A stretch of 64,000 nucleotides of DNA, taken from contig OZ024751.1 of the NCBI GenBank assembly GCA_964016885.1, positions 43,586,001 to 43,650,000 of the forward strand. The letters run 5' to 3'. How positions within the stretch are numbered: the stretch's first letter is position 1; each line of letters starts with the position of its first letter. A model generated the notes under the pieces. The model worked only from the letters and a program-made list of their open reading frames with translations. It was not told the origin of the DNA and searched no databases. The position numbers and the translations under genes were made by a program. Positions 1 to 12,223 of the stretch are shown one piece after another. Source of the stretch: Eledone cirrhosa. Taxonomy: Eukaryota.

Positions 1-449
1 AGATTTGATTACAGTTCAAATATTTAATGAAAGATTTCACTTATATTCACAAAGAACTGGATGCTGTATTTTGCCAGATTTAAAGAGTCACTTAATTATT
101 TGATAGCATTAAATCATATCATACATCACTTGATTCCGTTACTTGGAGAATGGAATTATGAAATTATTATGGTGCTTCTTTACATTGCCAGGAGAGAAGT
201 AAAGACATGCTCTACTTCACCACATCTCTCACCATTTCCTTGCATTGGAAAATCATATATTGTATACATGACATGACTGCCATAAGCTACAGGGAAGGCA
301 ACCTGTCTAGGAAGTTGGTAACTCCAGGGAAATAAAACTTCACAGGCTAGGCATGGGCTCTGTAAGACACAGAGAAGGCAACTTGTCTTGGAGGGCAGTA
401 ACTCCAGAGAATTAAAGCTGCACAGGGAAGGCAACTTGTCCAGAACTAG

Positions 450-716
450 GTGCTTTTTATTATGTCACCAAAACAATCACTTTGCAGGGTAGACCGAGTG
501 CTTTTTGTTGTGGCACCAAAACAGCCACTTTAAAGTGTGGACTGGGTGCTTTTTATTGTATCACCAAAACGACCACTCTACAGGGTGGACCGGGTGCTTT
601 TGTGATGACGTCAAAACAGCCACTTTACAGGGTGGATCTGGTGCTTTTTATTATGTCACCAAAACGGCCACTTTACAGAGTGGACTGGGTGCTTTTTATC
701 GTGTCACCAAAACAAA
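450..716. repeat. Degenerate ~47-bp tandem repeat related to RTE 3' UTR subrepeats
   Basis: About 5-6 units of cactttacagggtggactgggtgctttttattgtgtcaccaaaac; resembles the 'tttacagtgagtgctgggtgcttttt' subrepeats at 15290-15360. Confidence 0.65.
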
Positions 717-1053
717 CAAAATTCATGTTATATACAGCATTGTTATAGATAAAAGATAACCAGGTTTGTTTGGTAGCCATTATCTAAGAATTTACATGTT
801 CAGGACATTAATTTCATTGAATAATTCTACTTAGTTTCCACTTTCCATTAGTGGTGGTGTTTGTAGTGGTGGTGGTGGGGGTGTTGTTCTTGTTGTTGGT
901 GGTGGGGTGTTGTTTGTTTTGCTTTGGTTTTGTTTTTATGTTTTTGTTTGTTTTTCTTCTATCCCTTCATAATATCAATCATTTCATTATAGTATGTTGA
1001 ATGTTTCTGGTTGTTTGTTTTCATCTTTGCCAAACTGGGCCAACACGTGTTGA

Positions 1054-1089
<36 letters not shown>

Positions 1090-1380
1090 GTCGTGGTCAT
1101 CATCATCATCATCAGTATTATTATTATCATTGTGGGTTTTATCCCCATGCTGGCATATGTTGTAAGAAAATAATCGATGGATAATCATCATTATAATAGC
1201 TTCTTACTTTTTTTCTAACACACACACACATATATATACATATATATATATATTAGCGTGGAAGATGGACGTTAAACGAAGATGATGATGATGATGATGT
1301 ATGTATATATTTATATCATCATTTTACATCTGTTGCTTCACACTTGCATGGTTTGAATAAGTCCTTCTCAGTACAGTATG

Positions 1381-4324
1381 TCATCATCATCATCATCATC
1401 AGGTTTAGCGTCCGTGTTCCACGCTTGCATGGGTTTGGACGGGGGTTTTCCCACTTGAGGCAAGAGTGGTTGTCTTGCTCGCATAGGACTGTCTGGCGGG
1501 TTTTCTACAGTTGGATGCCCTTCCTAACACCAACCACATTTACAGTGTGGGGCTGGGAGGTTTTTACCGTGTTGCCTACACGGCCACATTACAGCGTGGA
1601 CTGTCTGGCGGGTTTTCTACAGCTGGATGCCCTTCCTAACACCAACCACATTTACAGTGTGGGGCTGGGAGGTTTTTACTGTGTTGCCTACACGGCCACA
1701 TTTACAGCGTGGACTGTGTGTTTTTTGTCGTGACACCTACACGATCTCATTTGTTTCGGCCTGGATGTTGTGGGACCAACATAACTGTACATTGAAAGGG
1801 GCGGTGTGGGTGGGGTGGAGGTGGTGGGACGGGGGTGTGTTTTGATAGAGGTGCCTACTGACTGTAGTAAGTTTTTACTTTGTATTTAGGTAAGGCGGGT
1901 CTTCTCTATTACTGAGTACCGCCAAAGGTCTCGGTCCAGTGACATTGTCTTGGAGAGGTGTAAGCGTGTGAGGTCGGAATTTATCAGCTCGTCCCATGTT
2001 TTTCTGGGTCTGCCTACTCCGTGGCTACCGTCTATCTTTATTGCCCTGCACTTTGTTATACAGCTGTCGTCTTTCATGCGCATCACGTGACCGTACCAAC
2101 GTAGCCTTCTCTCGAGTAAACAACATCTGATCCCTCTTATTTCTAATTTTTTCCTTAGTTCGTTTATGCTTTGCCGTTCACGTATATTACTATTGCACAT
2201 CCAGCGGAGCATGCAAGCTTCGTTCCTCTCTAGTCTGCGTATATCCTCTGCACACAATGCCCAGGTCTCACTGCCATGCAGCATTGCTGTTCGTATGCAG
2301 GCATCGTATAACCTGCCTTTCATTTTTAGGGAGAACCCTCTAGCGGCTAATAGTGGTATAAGCTCTCTGAACTTTTTCCATCCAGTTCTGACTCTAGCTA
2401 CTGTACTTTCAGAGCACCCTCCCCCACTGCTGATTTTGTCACCCAGATAACGGAAGCTGTCCACTATTTCTATAGAACCCTCTGCGCAGTTGAAGGAGCT
2501 AGTATTTTGTGGGCACTTGCTGCTACTTATTGCACCAGAGCACCGGCCACATGTAAAATCTATGTTCTTAGTTAGCTTACCTGTGATCCCACTACATCTT
2601 TTATGCACCCATACTTTGCATTTGGGACATAAAATGGAGTTTCTACCTACGCCTTTCCTACACACTGAGCATGGCCATTTCCCCGATGGGACCGCCGCCT
2701 TATTTTCTTTCCTACAAACTAGAACTTTAGTCTTAGCCAGGTTAATTTTAAGGCCTTTTGATTCTAGGCCGTGCTTCCACGTTTGGAATTTCTTCTCTAG
2801 TTCGGTCATTGATTCAGCTATGAGCGTTAGATCATCTGCGTATAGGAGTTCCCATGGGCAGCCGGTCTTGAACTCCTCTGTTATAGCCTGAAGGGCAATA
2901 ATAAATAGTAGGGGGCTAAGTACAGAGCCCTGATGGACACCAACTTTTACGCTAAACTCTTCACTATATTCGTTGTTAATTCTAACCTTACTGACTGTTT
3001 CTTTATACATGGCTTGTATAGCTCTCACAAGCCATTCGTCAACACCTAGTTTTCTAAGAGACCACCAGATAATGGAACGGGGGACTCTGTCGAAGGCTTT
3101 CTCCAAGTCGACAAAAGCTAAGTATAGGGGTTTACTTTTAGCTAGGTACTTCTCCTGTAGTTGTCGTACAATGAAAAGAGCGTCTGTGGTACTTTTGCCT
3201 GACACAAACCCGAACTGCATTTCATCTAGATCAATTCTCTCTCTGATTAGTTGCGCTATTACTTTTTCCGTGACCTTCATGACCTGGTCGATTAATTTAA
3301 TGCCTCTATAGTTACTCCTATCTAGGGCATCTCCTTTTCCCTTATAGCAGTTAACGATGATGCTGCTACGCCATTCCTTCGGAACAACCCCATTCTGTAC
3401 GACTTGGTTAACTATCCGGGTGACCATGGTGTGTCCCACCGAACCAGATGCCTTCAGCATCTCAGCAACTATTTCCGAAGGCCCAGCCGCCTTACCCGTC
3501 TTCATATCTTTGATTGCCTTACTTATTATACTACCTTCAACTAACACTGCTGGTCCCTCTATTGGATCGATCTGGGGGAGACTGTCTTTCTCCCATTTGT
3601 TCTCCTCATTTAGAAGCCTTTCGTAGTGACACTTCCAAGCTACCTTCTTATCAGCGTCGGTGATGGCAAGTATGCCATCATCGTTAAGTACACACTTCTC
3701 CCCGACAATATCACGGTTTTCCTTGACACATTGCCTGGCAATCCTGAACACCTCACGTTTTTGGTCCTCACGTTGTAGAACATGCTTGAACTTTCTTTCC
3801 TCTGCTTCCCTTCTTGCGAAGTACACTTGTCTCCTAGCTTCCCTCCTGGCCACTTGATAGTCTTCTCTACTTCCCCCATCCCGCCATACTTTCCAAGCCT
3901 GCTTTTTGGCCTTAATTGACTCCTCCACCTTACTGTTCCACCACCATGTTACTCTCCTCCTACCTACAGGCCTGCTCCAGCCACAGACTTCGTCTGCCGC
4001 CGTCAGCAGGTTTGCTCTCAGGAATTCCCACTGTTCCTCTATATTATACGACTCTAATTGCTCTTCCTTACTGTCGAAAGCGTCAAGTAATTTGCTTTGA
4101 AATTTATTTCTGGCTATGGGGTCCTTTAGCTTCCATATTTTTCTCCTGAGGATAGTCCTCTTTCGCTGTCTAGTACGTCTCGTCCTGACTATGAGGTCGC
4201 TAATTATCAGTCTATGTTGGGAGGTGAATTCTTCATGGGGGTGGGATTTAGTGTTAACAACAGACACTCTGTCACGTCTTCTGGTAAGGATATAATCTAC
4301 CTGGCTTGTGTGTTCCCCCGATCT
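1381..4324 (-). mobile_element. RTE-clade LINE, family 1, 5'-truncated (~2.9 kb) with 3' UTR and (GAT)n tail
   Basis: RT ORF plus ~500-bp 3' UTR ending ...cccatgcaagcgtggaacacggacgctaaacct(gat)n on the minus strand; 5' end abuts a (TA)n tract; 112-bp tandem duplication in the UTR (starts 1486 and 1598). Confidence 0.95.
1886..4324 (-). CDS. Partial RTE ORF: C-terminal end of AP endonuclease, reverse transcriptase with embedded PHD finger, RTE C-terminus
   Basis: SQVDYIL...SQHRLI (APE end), [66 protein letters not shown]; no stops; the N-terminal MHIYIY in the ORF track is translated microsatellite. Confidence 0.95.
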   Translation of the reverse strand, partial: RSGEHTSQVDYILTRRRDRVSVVNTKSHPHEEFTSQHRLIISDLIVRTRRTRQRKRTILRRKIWKLKDPIARNKFQSKLLDAFDSKEEQLESYNIEEQWEFLRANLLTAADEVCGWSRPVGRRRVTWWWNSKVEESIKAKKQAWKVWRDGGSREDYQVARREARRQVYFARREAEERKFKHVLQREDQKREVFRIARQCVKENRDIVGEKCVLNDDGILAITDADKKVAWKCHYERLLNEENKWEKDSLPQIDPIEGPAVLVEGSIISKAIKDMKTGKAAGPSEIVAEMLKASGSVGHTMVTRIVNQVVQNGVVPKEWRSSIIVNCYKGKGDALDRSNYRGIKLIDQVMKVTEKVIAQLIRERIDLDEMQFGFVSGKSTTDALFIVRQLQEKYLAKSKPLYLAFVDLEKAFDRVPRSIIWWSLRKLGVDEWLVRAIQAMYKETVSKVRINNEYSEEFSVKVGVHQGSVLSPLLFIIALQAITEEFKTGCPWELLYADDLTLIAESMTELEKKFQTWKHGLESKGLKINLAKTKVLVCRKENKAAVPSGKWPCSVCRKGVGRNSILCPKCKVWVHKRCSGITGKLTKNIDFTCGRCSGAISSSKCPQNTSSFNCAEGSIEIVDSFRYLGDKISSGGGCSESTVARVRTGWKKFRELIPLLAARGFSLKMKGRLYDACIRTAMLHGSETWALCAEDIRRLERNEACMLRWMCNSNIRERQSINELRKKLEIRGIRCCLLERRLRWYGHVMRMKDDSCITKCRAIKIDGSHGVGRPRKTWDELINSDLTRLHLSKTMSLDRDLWRYSVIEKTRLT

Positions 4325-4325
4325 A

Positions 4326-4383
<58 letters not shown>

Positions 4384-4512
4384 AAAGTTCTATTTAAAAT
4401 TGTTGGGATACAACAAGTAAATATTTTTTATAACTGATATAAAGCACTCGACAAGTATTTGGAGTAGATATACGATATTAATAAATGGAAACTATATTTA
4501 TAAAACAATATT

Positions 4513-4577
4513 TATTTCATTATACATATTTCAGGGATACCAAATTAAATTATGGTATGCCTTCATCAGACAAAATA
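4513..4577 (-). ncRNA. Type I hammerhead ribozyme, family A (minus-strand arm)
   Basis: Reverse complement of 4769-4833. Confidence 0.8.
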
Positions 4578-4768
4578 CAATATATAACAGTTTTACAAAT
4601 AAGCTTTGACGTACCCCATTAAAATGCAACCATTGTTTTTGGAAGTGTCCTTAACACTATGATTTATTAAAGTAATATAAACAAATCACTATCCGGATGG
4701 CTTCCAAAAACAATGGTTGCATTTTAATAGGGTACATCAAAGCTTATTTGTAAAACTGTTATATATTG

Positions 4769-4833
4769 TATTTTGTCTGATGAAGGCATACCATAATTTA
4801 ATTTGGTATCCCTGAAATATGTATAATGAAATA
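4769..4833 (+). ncRNA. Type I hammerhead ribozyme, family A
   Basis: tattttgt-CTGATGA-aggcatacca..tggtatccct-GAAA-tatgta-TA-atgaaata; 8-bp stem I with two G-U pairs, stem II, near-palindromic stem III, AUA triplet. Confidence 0.8.
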
Positions 4834-4894
4834 AATATGGTTTTATAAATATAGTTTCCATTTATTAATATCGTATATATATATATATTTATTG

Positions 4895-4945
4895 CACCCT
4901 TGCAAGCAGGGAAGAGCGGACGTAAAATGATGATGATGATGATGA
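4895..4945 (+). mobile_element. Solo 3' tail of RTE family 2 / SINE 1
   Basis: cacccttgcaagcagggaagagcggacgtaaaat(gat)n, matching 13033-13075. Confidence 0.8.
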
Positions 4946-5164
4946 TATATATATATGTGTGAGTGTGCATATATATGTATGTATATATATATATATATAT
5001 GTATATGTATGTATGTATGTATACACACTTCAACAGCATTCTAATAAAAGTGTATACCTTTTTGGGGGTGTATGTATGCATATGCATATGTATATATGCA
5101 CATATATATGTATGTATATATATGTGTGTGTGTATATATATATATATAACCACTAAGCCATGAA

Positions 5165-5510
5165 GGCACATGGCTTAGTGGTTAGAGCATTGGGCTTGCA
5201 ATCGAAAGGTTGTGAGTTCAATTCTCAGACTGGGTGATGTGTTGTTTCCTTGAGCAAGACACTTTATTTCACATTGCTCCAGTTTACTCAGCTGTAAAAA
5301 TGAGATGATAGGGATCCCAGTCCCTATCATTCCACTGCAAAGTGGTCGTGGAGGTGCCACGGCAAAAAAGCACCCAGCACTCACTGTAAATAAGGTTGGT
5401 GTTAGGAAGGGCATCCAGCTGTAGAAATCAAGCCAGAATCAGTTCCCGTCCTACCCTTGCAAGCAGGGAAAAGCGGACGTAAAATGAAATGATGATGATG
5501 ATGATGATGA
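5165..5510 (+). mobile_element. tRNA-derived SINE family 1 (CORE-like body, RTE-type tail)
   Basis: A box TGGCTTAGTGG, B box GAGTTCAATTC, CORE-like tgtgttgtttccttgagcaagacacttta, tail shared with RTE family 2, (GAT)n. Confidence 0.9.
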
Positions 5511-5789
5511 TTTATAAAATATATATATATATAAGCATTAAAAAAAAAAGAACCAAACTCTGCAAACAGTTTTCAGTGTAATTTCAATAGTAACATTTCC
5601 CTGCACCACAATCAATCAATGTCCTACAATCTCAGCATGTTTTAATAGACTTCCACACCTACACCTAGGTAGTATTTTAATTTTATTAATGTATGCCATA
5701 CTAAAATGTGACACTGCTCTCTTATTAATAGATTTCAATATTTATTGGGTGTCTAATTCTTTAAAGCATTGGTTTGTTAGTCGGTTGGC

Positions 5790-6330
5790 TGGCTGGTTGA
5801 TTGGTTGGTGTGTTTGTTGTGTGTGTTGGTTGGTTGGTGTGTTTGTTGTGTGTGTTGGTTGGTTGGTGTGTTTGTTGTGTGTGTTGGTTGGTTGGTGTGT
5901 TTGTTGTGTGTGTTGGTTGGTTGGTGTGCTTGTTGTGTGTGTTGGTTGGTGTGTTTGTTGTGTGCGTTGGTTGGTTAGTTGGTGTGTTTGTTGTGTATGT
6001 TGGTTGGTTGGTTGGTGTGTGTGTTGGTTGGTTGGTTGGTGTGTTTGTTGTGTGTGTTGGTTGGTTGATTGGTGTGTTTGTTGTGTGTGTTGGTTGGTTG
6101 GTGTGTTTGTTGTGTGTGTTGGTTGGTTGGTGTGTTTGTTGTGTGTGTTGGTTGGTTGGTGTGCTTGTTGTGTGTGTTGGTTGGTTGGTGTGTTTGTTGT
6201 GTGTTGGTTGGTTGGTGTGTTTGTTGTGTGTGTTGGTTGGTTGGTTGGTGTGGTTGTGTGTGTTGGTTGGTTGATGATGTGTGTTGGTTGGTTGGTTGGT
6301 TGGTGTCTTTGTGCTGTGTGTTGGTTGGTG
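5790..6330. repeat. Compound (GT)/(GTTG) minisatellite, ~31-bp unit
   Basis: Repeating gtgtgttggttggttggtgtgtttgttgt. Confidence 0.9.
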
Positions 6331-6662
6331 TGTTTGTTGTGTTTATTTAATGCTGTGTTTGTTGGTTGGTTCTTGTGTTTAATTGTTAGGTTGTTTTTTG
6401 GCTGGTTGTTGTGGTTGTTTGTTGTGTTTGTGTTGTATATTTGTTGTCTGGTTGTTGTGTCTGTTGGCTGGTTATTGTGTTTATTTGTTATTTGGTTGTG
6501 TTTGTGTTGTATATTTGTATGCTGTAGTGTGTTGTGTTGGTTGGTTGTTATGTTTGTTTTAAATTAACAGTGATTCACAACTGAACTGTGGAACCAATTC
6601 ATTTGTTGATGTATATGACCAACTTCCGGTAGATCTCTTTCATTTCTTTTTCCATATCACCA

Positions 6663-7737
6663 AGGTGTAGTAGGATTTAAGAAGGTTGCGGTATTGTAAT
6701 GGTGAGAACAGCTACTAGGAAGTTATGACAGGTGTAGTAGGATTTAAGAAGGTTGGGTATTGTAATGGTCAGAACAGCTACTAGGAAGTTATGACAGGTG
6801 TAGTAGGATTTAAGAAGGTTGGGTATTGTAATGGTGAGAACAGCTACTAGGGAGTTATGACAGGTGTAGTAGGATTTAAGAAGGTTGGGTATTGTAATGG
6901 TGAGAACAGCTACTAAGAAGTTATGACAGGTGTAGTAGGATTTAAGAAGGTCGGGGTATTGTAATGGTGAGAACAGCTACTAGGGAGTTATGACAGGTGT
7001 AGTAGGATTTAAGAAGGTTGGGGTATTGTAATGGTGAGAACAGCTACTAGGGAGTTATGACAGGTGTAGTAGGATTTAAGAAGGTTGGGTATTGTAATGG
7101 TGAGAACAGCTACTAGGAAGTTATGACAGGTGTAGTAGGATTTAAGAAGGTTGGGGTATTGTAATGGTGAGAACAGCTACTAGGGAGTTATGACAGGTGT
7201 AGTAGGATTTAAGAAGGTTGGGTATTGTAATGGTGAGAACAACTACTAGGAAGTTATGACAGGTGTAGTAGGATTTAAGAAGGTTGGGTATTGTAATGGT
7301 CAGAACAGCTACTAGGGAGTTATGACAGGTGTAGTAGGATTTAAGAAAGTTGGGGTATTGTAATGGTGAGAACAGCTACTAGGAAGTTATGACAGGTGTA
7401 GTAGGATTTAAGAAGGTTGGGTATTGTAATGGTGTGACAGGTGTGATGGGATTTAAGAAAAGGGTATGACAGGTGTGATGGGATTTAAGGGGGGACTGAA
7501 GTGGGACTACTAGGGAGTTATGACAGATGTGGTAGGATTTAAGAAGGGAGCACTGGAGTGGGCTACTAGGGAGTTGTGACAGGTGTAGTAGAATTTAAGA
7601 AGGTTGGGGTATTGTAATGGTGAGAACAGCTACTAGGGAGTTGTGACAGGTGTGGTAAGATTTAAGAAGGTTGGGGTATTGTAATGGTGAGAACAGCTAC
7701 TAGGAAGTTATGACAGGTGTAGTAGGATTTAAGAAAG
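6663..7737. repeat. 66/67-bp minisatellite, ~16 units
   Basis: aggtgtagtaggatttaagaaggttgggtattgtaatggtgagaacagctactaggaagttatgac repeated; diverged block at ~7435-7580. Confidence 0.95.
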
Positions 7738-8000
7738 GGTGAGTGTGATCGTGAATATAGTTGGTGTGACGGTGTTCAGTGATGGTGAGAATAGCTACTG
7801 AATAGCGCTAGTATAGGGGTGATGGCATGAATGGCTCATGCTATATCCCTTTATGTACTTGAGGTGGGTGGGTTTTCTCTAGTACTGCATGACGCCAATC
7901 CTCCATGCATGGAATTCTTCACATTGCACCATGTGGTGCAAATTAATGCAGGCAGTTCACTCAATCTATCAGACATTCCAACTACCCTTCTCCTCCACCA

Positions 8001-8036
<36 letters not shown>

Positions 8037-8219
8037 ACATCTGCTGTCCATGCTAGTATAGGTTGGTACAGTCCAAAGTTGTTCATATTCCAAGTTGCTG
8101 TTCTGCGGGACAGGTTGAGGCGGGGAGGGGAGCAGGGAGAGCCATGTCTCATTTGTATATCCTCCTCGTCCTTATCATCATCATCATCATCATAATTTTG
8201 CTATCTAAAACTATGCTTC

Positions 8220-8595
8220 TCTCTATTTATTGTCTCTTTTGAGAAATCTTTTTATCTCTTGTCTCTCTCTCTATCTCTTTATCTGTCTCTCTCTCTCTCT
8301 TTCTATATCTCTCCATCTCTCACCTCTTTCTATCTGTCTCTATATCTCTCTTACTCTCACCTCCCTCTTCTTTCTCTCTCTCTACCTGTCTCTCTCACTC
8401 CTCTCTCTCTTTCTGTCTCTCTCACCACCTCTCTATCTCTCTGACTCTCACCCCATCTCTCTCACCACCCCTCTCTCTCTCTCTCTGACTCTCACCTCCC
8501 TCCCTCTCTCTCACCACCCCTCTCTCTCTCTATCTCTCTGACTCTCACCTCCCTCCCTCTCTCTCACCACCCCTCTCTCTCTCTATCTCTCTCTC
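8220..8595. repeat. (CT)-rich polypyrimidine tract
   Basis: Degenerate (CT)n with short tandem duplications. Confidence 0.9.
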
Positions 8596-9329
8596 AACAT
8601 CTAAATATTTCATCTCCATTACAGTTACTGTTCCTCTTCCATCGAGCCGCTCTTCTTCACACCATTACTTTAAAGGGTCCATTCAGGGTGGGAGTTGTGG
8701 TGGTTGTGGGGCAAGGGGTTTAATCTCTCTCCCGCTCTCTCTCTCATACTTTTTATGTTTCTCTTTTTTTCTCCCACCACCCTCCCGTTTGTTCTCATTC
8801 TTTTTTTCCGCCTTATTCTATTCTTATTCCATTTGGATATTTTTTCAATTTTTTTCTCTCTCTCTCCCTCTTCACTTTCTCTTTCTCCTTCACTCTCTCC
8901 TCTCTTTCTCTTTCCTCTCACTTTCTCTCTATCTCTCTCCTAATTATTTATTTATTGCTCTGTTTAATACATAACCTAGTTAAACTGTTAATTGCAGCTG
9001 CTGCTGCTGTTACTACTGCTACTGTTTCTGATGCTGCTGCTGGTTTATATTTGACACCTATGACAGAAGTTCTACCTGATAATCCCCAGACTATGTTTAA
9101 GCCAATATAAGCTGACAATTAGCTTCTTTTCCGCACACTTTTTATTCTCCGGTGGAGGAGGAGAATGAGGGTGGGGTGGGGGGTGGCTTTACCTTGAAAA
9201 ACATTAAATATTTCACACTTGGAATTGTTTGCCAACTGACTTCATGTGAGACCATGTGTTGAAATTAAAAGCAATTTATGTTGCCAAACAGTCATTTTAG
9301 CCATTTACAAATACACGTGCATACTCACA

Positions 9330-9575
9330 CATGCAAATACATACACACACACAAAATCTGTTATATACATGCACACATACACATGCATGCACATACACAC
9401 TCACATATACTTATGCATGCACACACACGCACAAAATCTGTTATATATTTGCATACATACACATGCATGCACATACACACTCACACATACATATGCATGC
9501 ACACACACACACAAAATCTGTTATATATTTGCACACACGCACATGCATGCACACACATATACACAAAATCTGTTC
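9330..9575. repeat. ~80-bp CA-rich tandem repeat, 3 units
   Basis: acaaaatctgtta recurs at 9351, 9431 and 9511. Confidence 0.85.
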
Positions 9576-10367
9576 TAATCACTTTCCATTTATTTTGTGG
9601 TATAAAAATCTTTCATTGCACCACTGCGACCTGATCACTGACTAACACAGTTCCATTACAACTATTTCCTCTTTTCACATCAAATTCTAACAGAGTTTCT
9701 TCTTAATTTATGTATGTATGGTCACAAAACTCATCGTGAACAAGGTTAACTATATTACTAAATCCCTCCAAATTTTTTATTATTTTCATTAAAAATATGC
9801 TAATGAAAGGGTTAATGACAGAGAAAGTGCCTTTCATTAGAAATATGTTAATGAAAGTGATATATTATGTTCCAAACACGAATTTAATAATGAGAAAGTT
9901 AGTTGTAATATTAAATCCCTCCAAATTCTTAATTATTTTCAAAATATTTTGAAAATAATAAGCAGTGTCTTTTGTTAGAAATCACTTTTAATAAATTAAT
10001 CTACACTCTCTATTTGATGTATTGAGTACTTCACTCTAATTGTAGTACCTTTCCGTTCTTAATAGAATACCTTACAATGATTATATATGTGTTTGGTTCT
10101 GTATCCTAGATCCCTGAACTGTCATTTTCCTTCACAAATGGGAGGAACAAATCATTTTTATTGACAGAAAACTTTATATAAAGCAATAAGGAAATGAAAA
10201 ATAGAAGAAAAAAGAAAGGAAATAGACATTCACAGCTGACCTTGGGCTATACAACAACTTAAATCTCTCTTTACTCATCAGAGAATTCAGCACCATTGGT
10301 GTTAGAATAGTGATGTCTATAATAATAATTGTTTCAACTTTAGGCACAAGGCCAGCATAATAATAAT

Positions 10368-10556
10368 AATAATTGTTTCTACTTTTTGGCACAAGGCCAG
10401 CAATTACCCAGTGCATTACTGGTATTTTTATTTTATCGACCCCGTAAGGATGAAAGGCAAAGTTAACCTCGGCGGGATTTGAACTCAGAATGGCAAGGAC
10501 CGTAACTCTATGCGTCAAAACATGGCGTCCGACCCTCTACCGATACTGCCAATCCA
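10368..10556 (-). mobile_element. tRNA-derived SINE family 2 (Meta-domain-like centre)
   Basis: Minus strand: A box TGGCAGTATCGG, B box GAGTTCAAATCC, gcctttcatccttacggggtcgataaaat; homologous to 40900, 41118 and 60764. Confidence 0.85.
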
Positions 10557-10917
10557 TGATCCAGTATTTTATTTGGGGGAATTGTGGGGGAAGAGAGGGG
10601 AAGGGGAGCAAGGGTTTGGCTACTTGTTGCTATGGAGATTAATCAATTATTTCTCAGACTAACATTCCCCCATCCCTGTTTTAATATTACAATAATTCCA
10701 AATATTTCTCTCAGTAGTTTGGATCCAAAATAACCAAACAATGGCAGTTTAATGGTTTCTTTGTCAGTGAAACTCCCACCCTACCTCTATCCCATCCCTA
10801 TACACCCCCTGTCTAAATAGGTGGGAGAAGTGGGTACCATTTCTGTCTCAACTACTACTCCAAATGATTAGGCCATGCACCATAGAACATAGAAACTAAT
10901 AATTAATTCTATATAAA

Positions 10918-10948
<31 letters not shown>

Positions 10949-10949
10949 G

Positions 10950-11020
<71 letters not shown>

Positions 11021-11028
11021 GTATATGT

Positions 11029-11135
<107 letters not shown>

Positions 11136-11147
11136 TGTATATATATG

Positions 11148-11216
<69 letters not shown>

Positions 11217-11253
11217 GTATATATATGTATATATATATATATGTATATATATG

Positions 11254-11304
<51 letters not shown>

Positions 11305-11310
<6 letters not shown>

Positions 11311-11641
11311 GATCGAGTATCGAAAAATCGGCGCACGAGTTCACGAAAAACGAAATTCGATATGAGCGGCAGAGGGCTCAATAATTCAGATGAATCAGAG
11401 CTATAACTATCGTTAAAATACCGTCACATATAGAACAAGTCTACAATCAACCATACGATTTAAAATCGATAAAGGAAGATTCGGGCCAAACAGATAAAAA
11501 ATATCAATAAAACAATACGTCAATAATTTAAATGAATGTAAAATCATACCCGGACCCACTAGAAAGGTGTTAAATCTAGCTTCATGGGTTTCTGTAAATC
11601 CTTAGACTGTACTCTATCAGCTCACATATAAATATAAAAGC
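11305..11641 (-). mobile_element. Unclassified TA-embedded insert, family E
   Basis: Unique ~335-bp island between (TA)n tracts carrying the shared motif (agggctcaata, 11373-11383); no hammerhead seen. Confidence 0.5.
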
Positions 11642-11675
<34 letters not shown>

Positions 11676-11676
11676 G

Positions 11677-11721
<45 letters not shown>

Positions 11722-11722
11722 G

Positions 11723-11775
<53 letters not shown>

Positions 11776-11804
11776 GTATATATATATATGTATATATATA
11801 TATG

Positions 11805-11975
<171 letters not shown>

Positions 11976-12102
11976 GTATATATATATATGTATATGTATA
12001 TGTATATGTATATATATATGTATATATATATATATGTATATGTATATATATATGTATATATATATATGTATATGTATGTATATGTATATATATATGTATA
12101 TG

Positions 12103-12133
<31 letters not shown>

Positions 12134-12172
12134 GTATATATGTATATATATGTATATATATATATGTATATG

Positions 12173-12223
<51 letters not shown>

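Larger units (their letters stand above)
4381..4878 (-). mobile_element. Fold-back hammerhead element, family A copy 1 (Penelope-like pLTR remnant)
   Basis: 178-bp inverted arms 4468-4645/4701-4878 (3 mismatches seen), 55-nt loop, unpaired 87-bp tail 4381-4467, (TA)n on both sides; homologous to 36673-36901 and 52428-52784. Confidence 0.85.

Noticed and set aside
2166-4149. Plus-strand ORFs overlapping the RTE
   Set aside because: Antisense shadows of the RT frame with no motifs
4381-4878. Reading the fold-backs as MITEs with long TIRs
   Set aside because: The repeats are not terminal (one-sided tail), the turn point varies between copies, and the arms carry hammerheads
5165-5240. tRNA gene
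   Set aside because: A and B boxes run into a SINE body and tail; no complete acceptor stem
5689-6567. 292-aa Cys/Trp/Val-rich membrane-like ORF
   Set aside because: Translation of the GT/GTTG repeat
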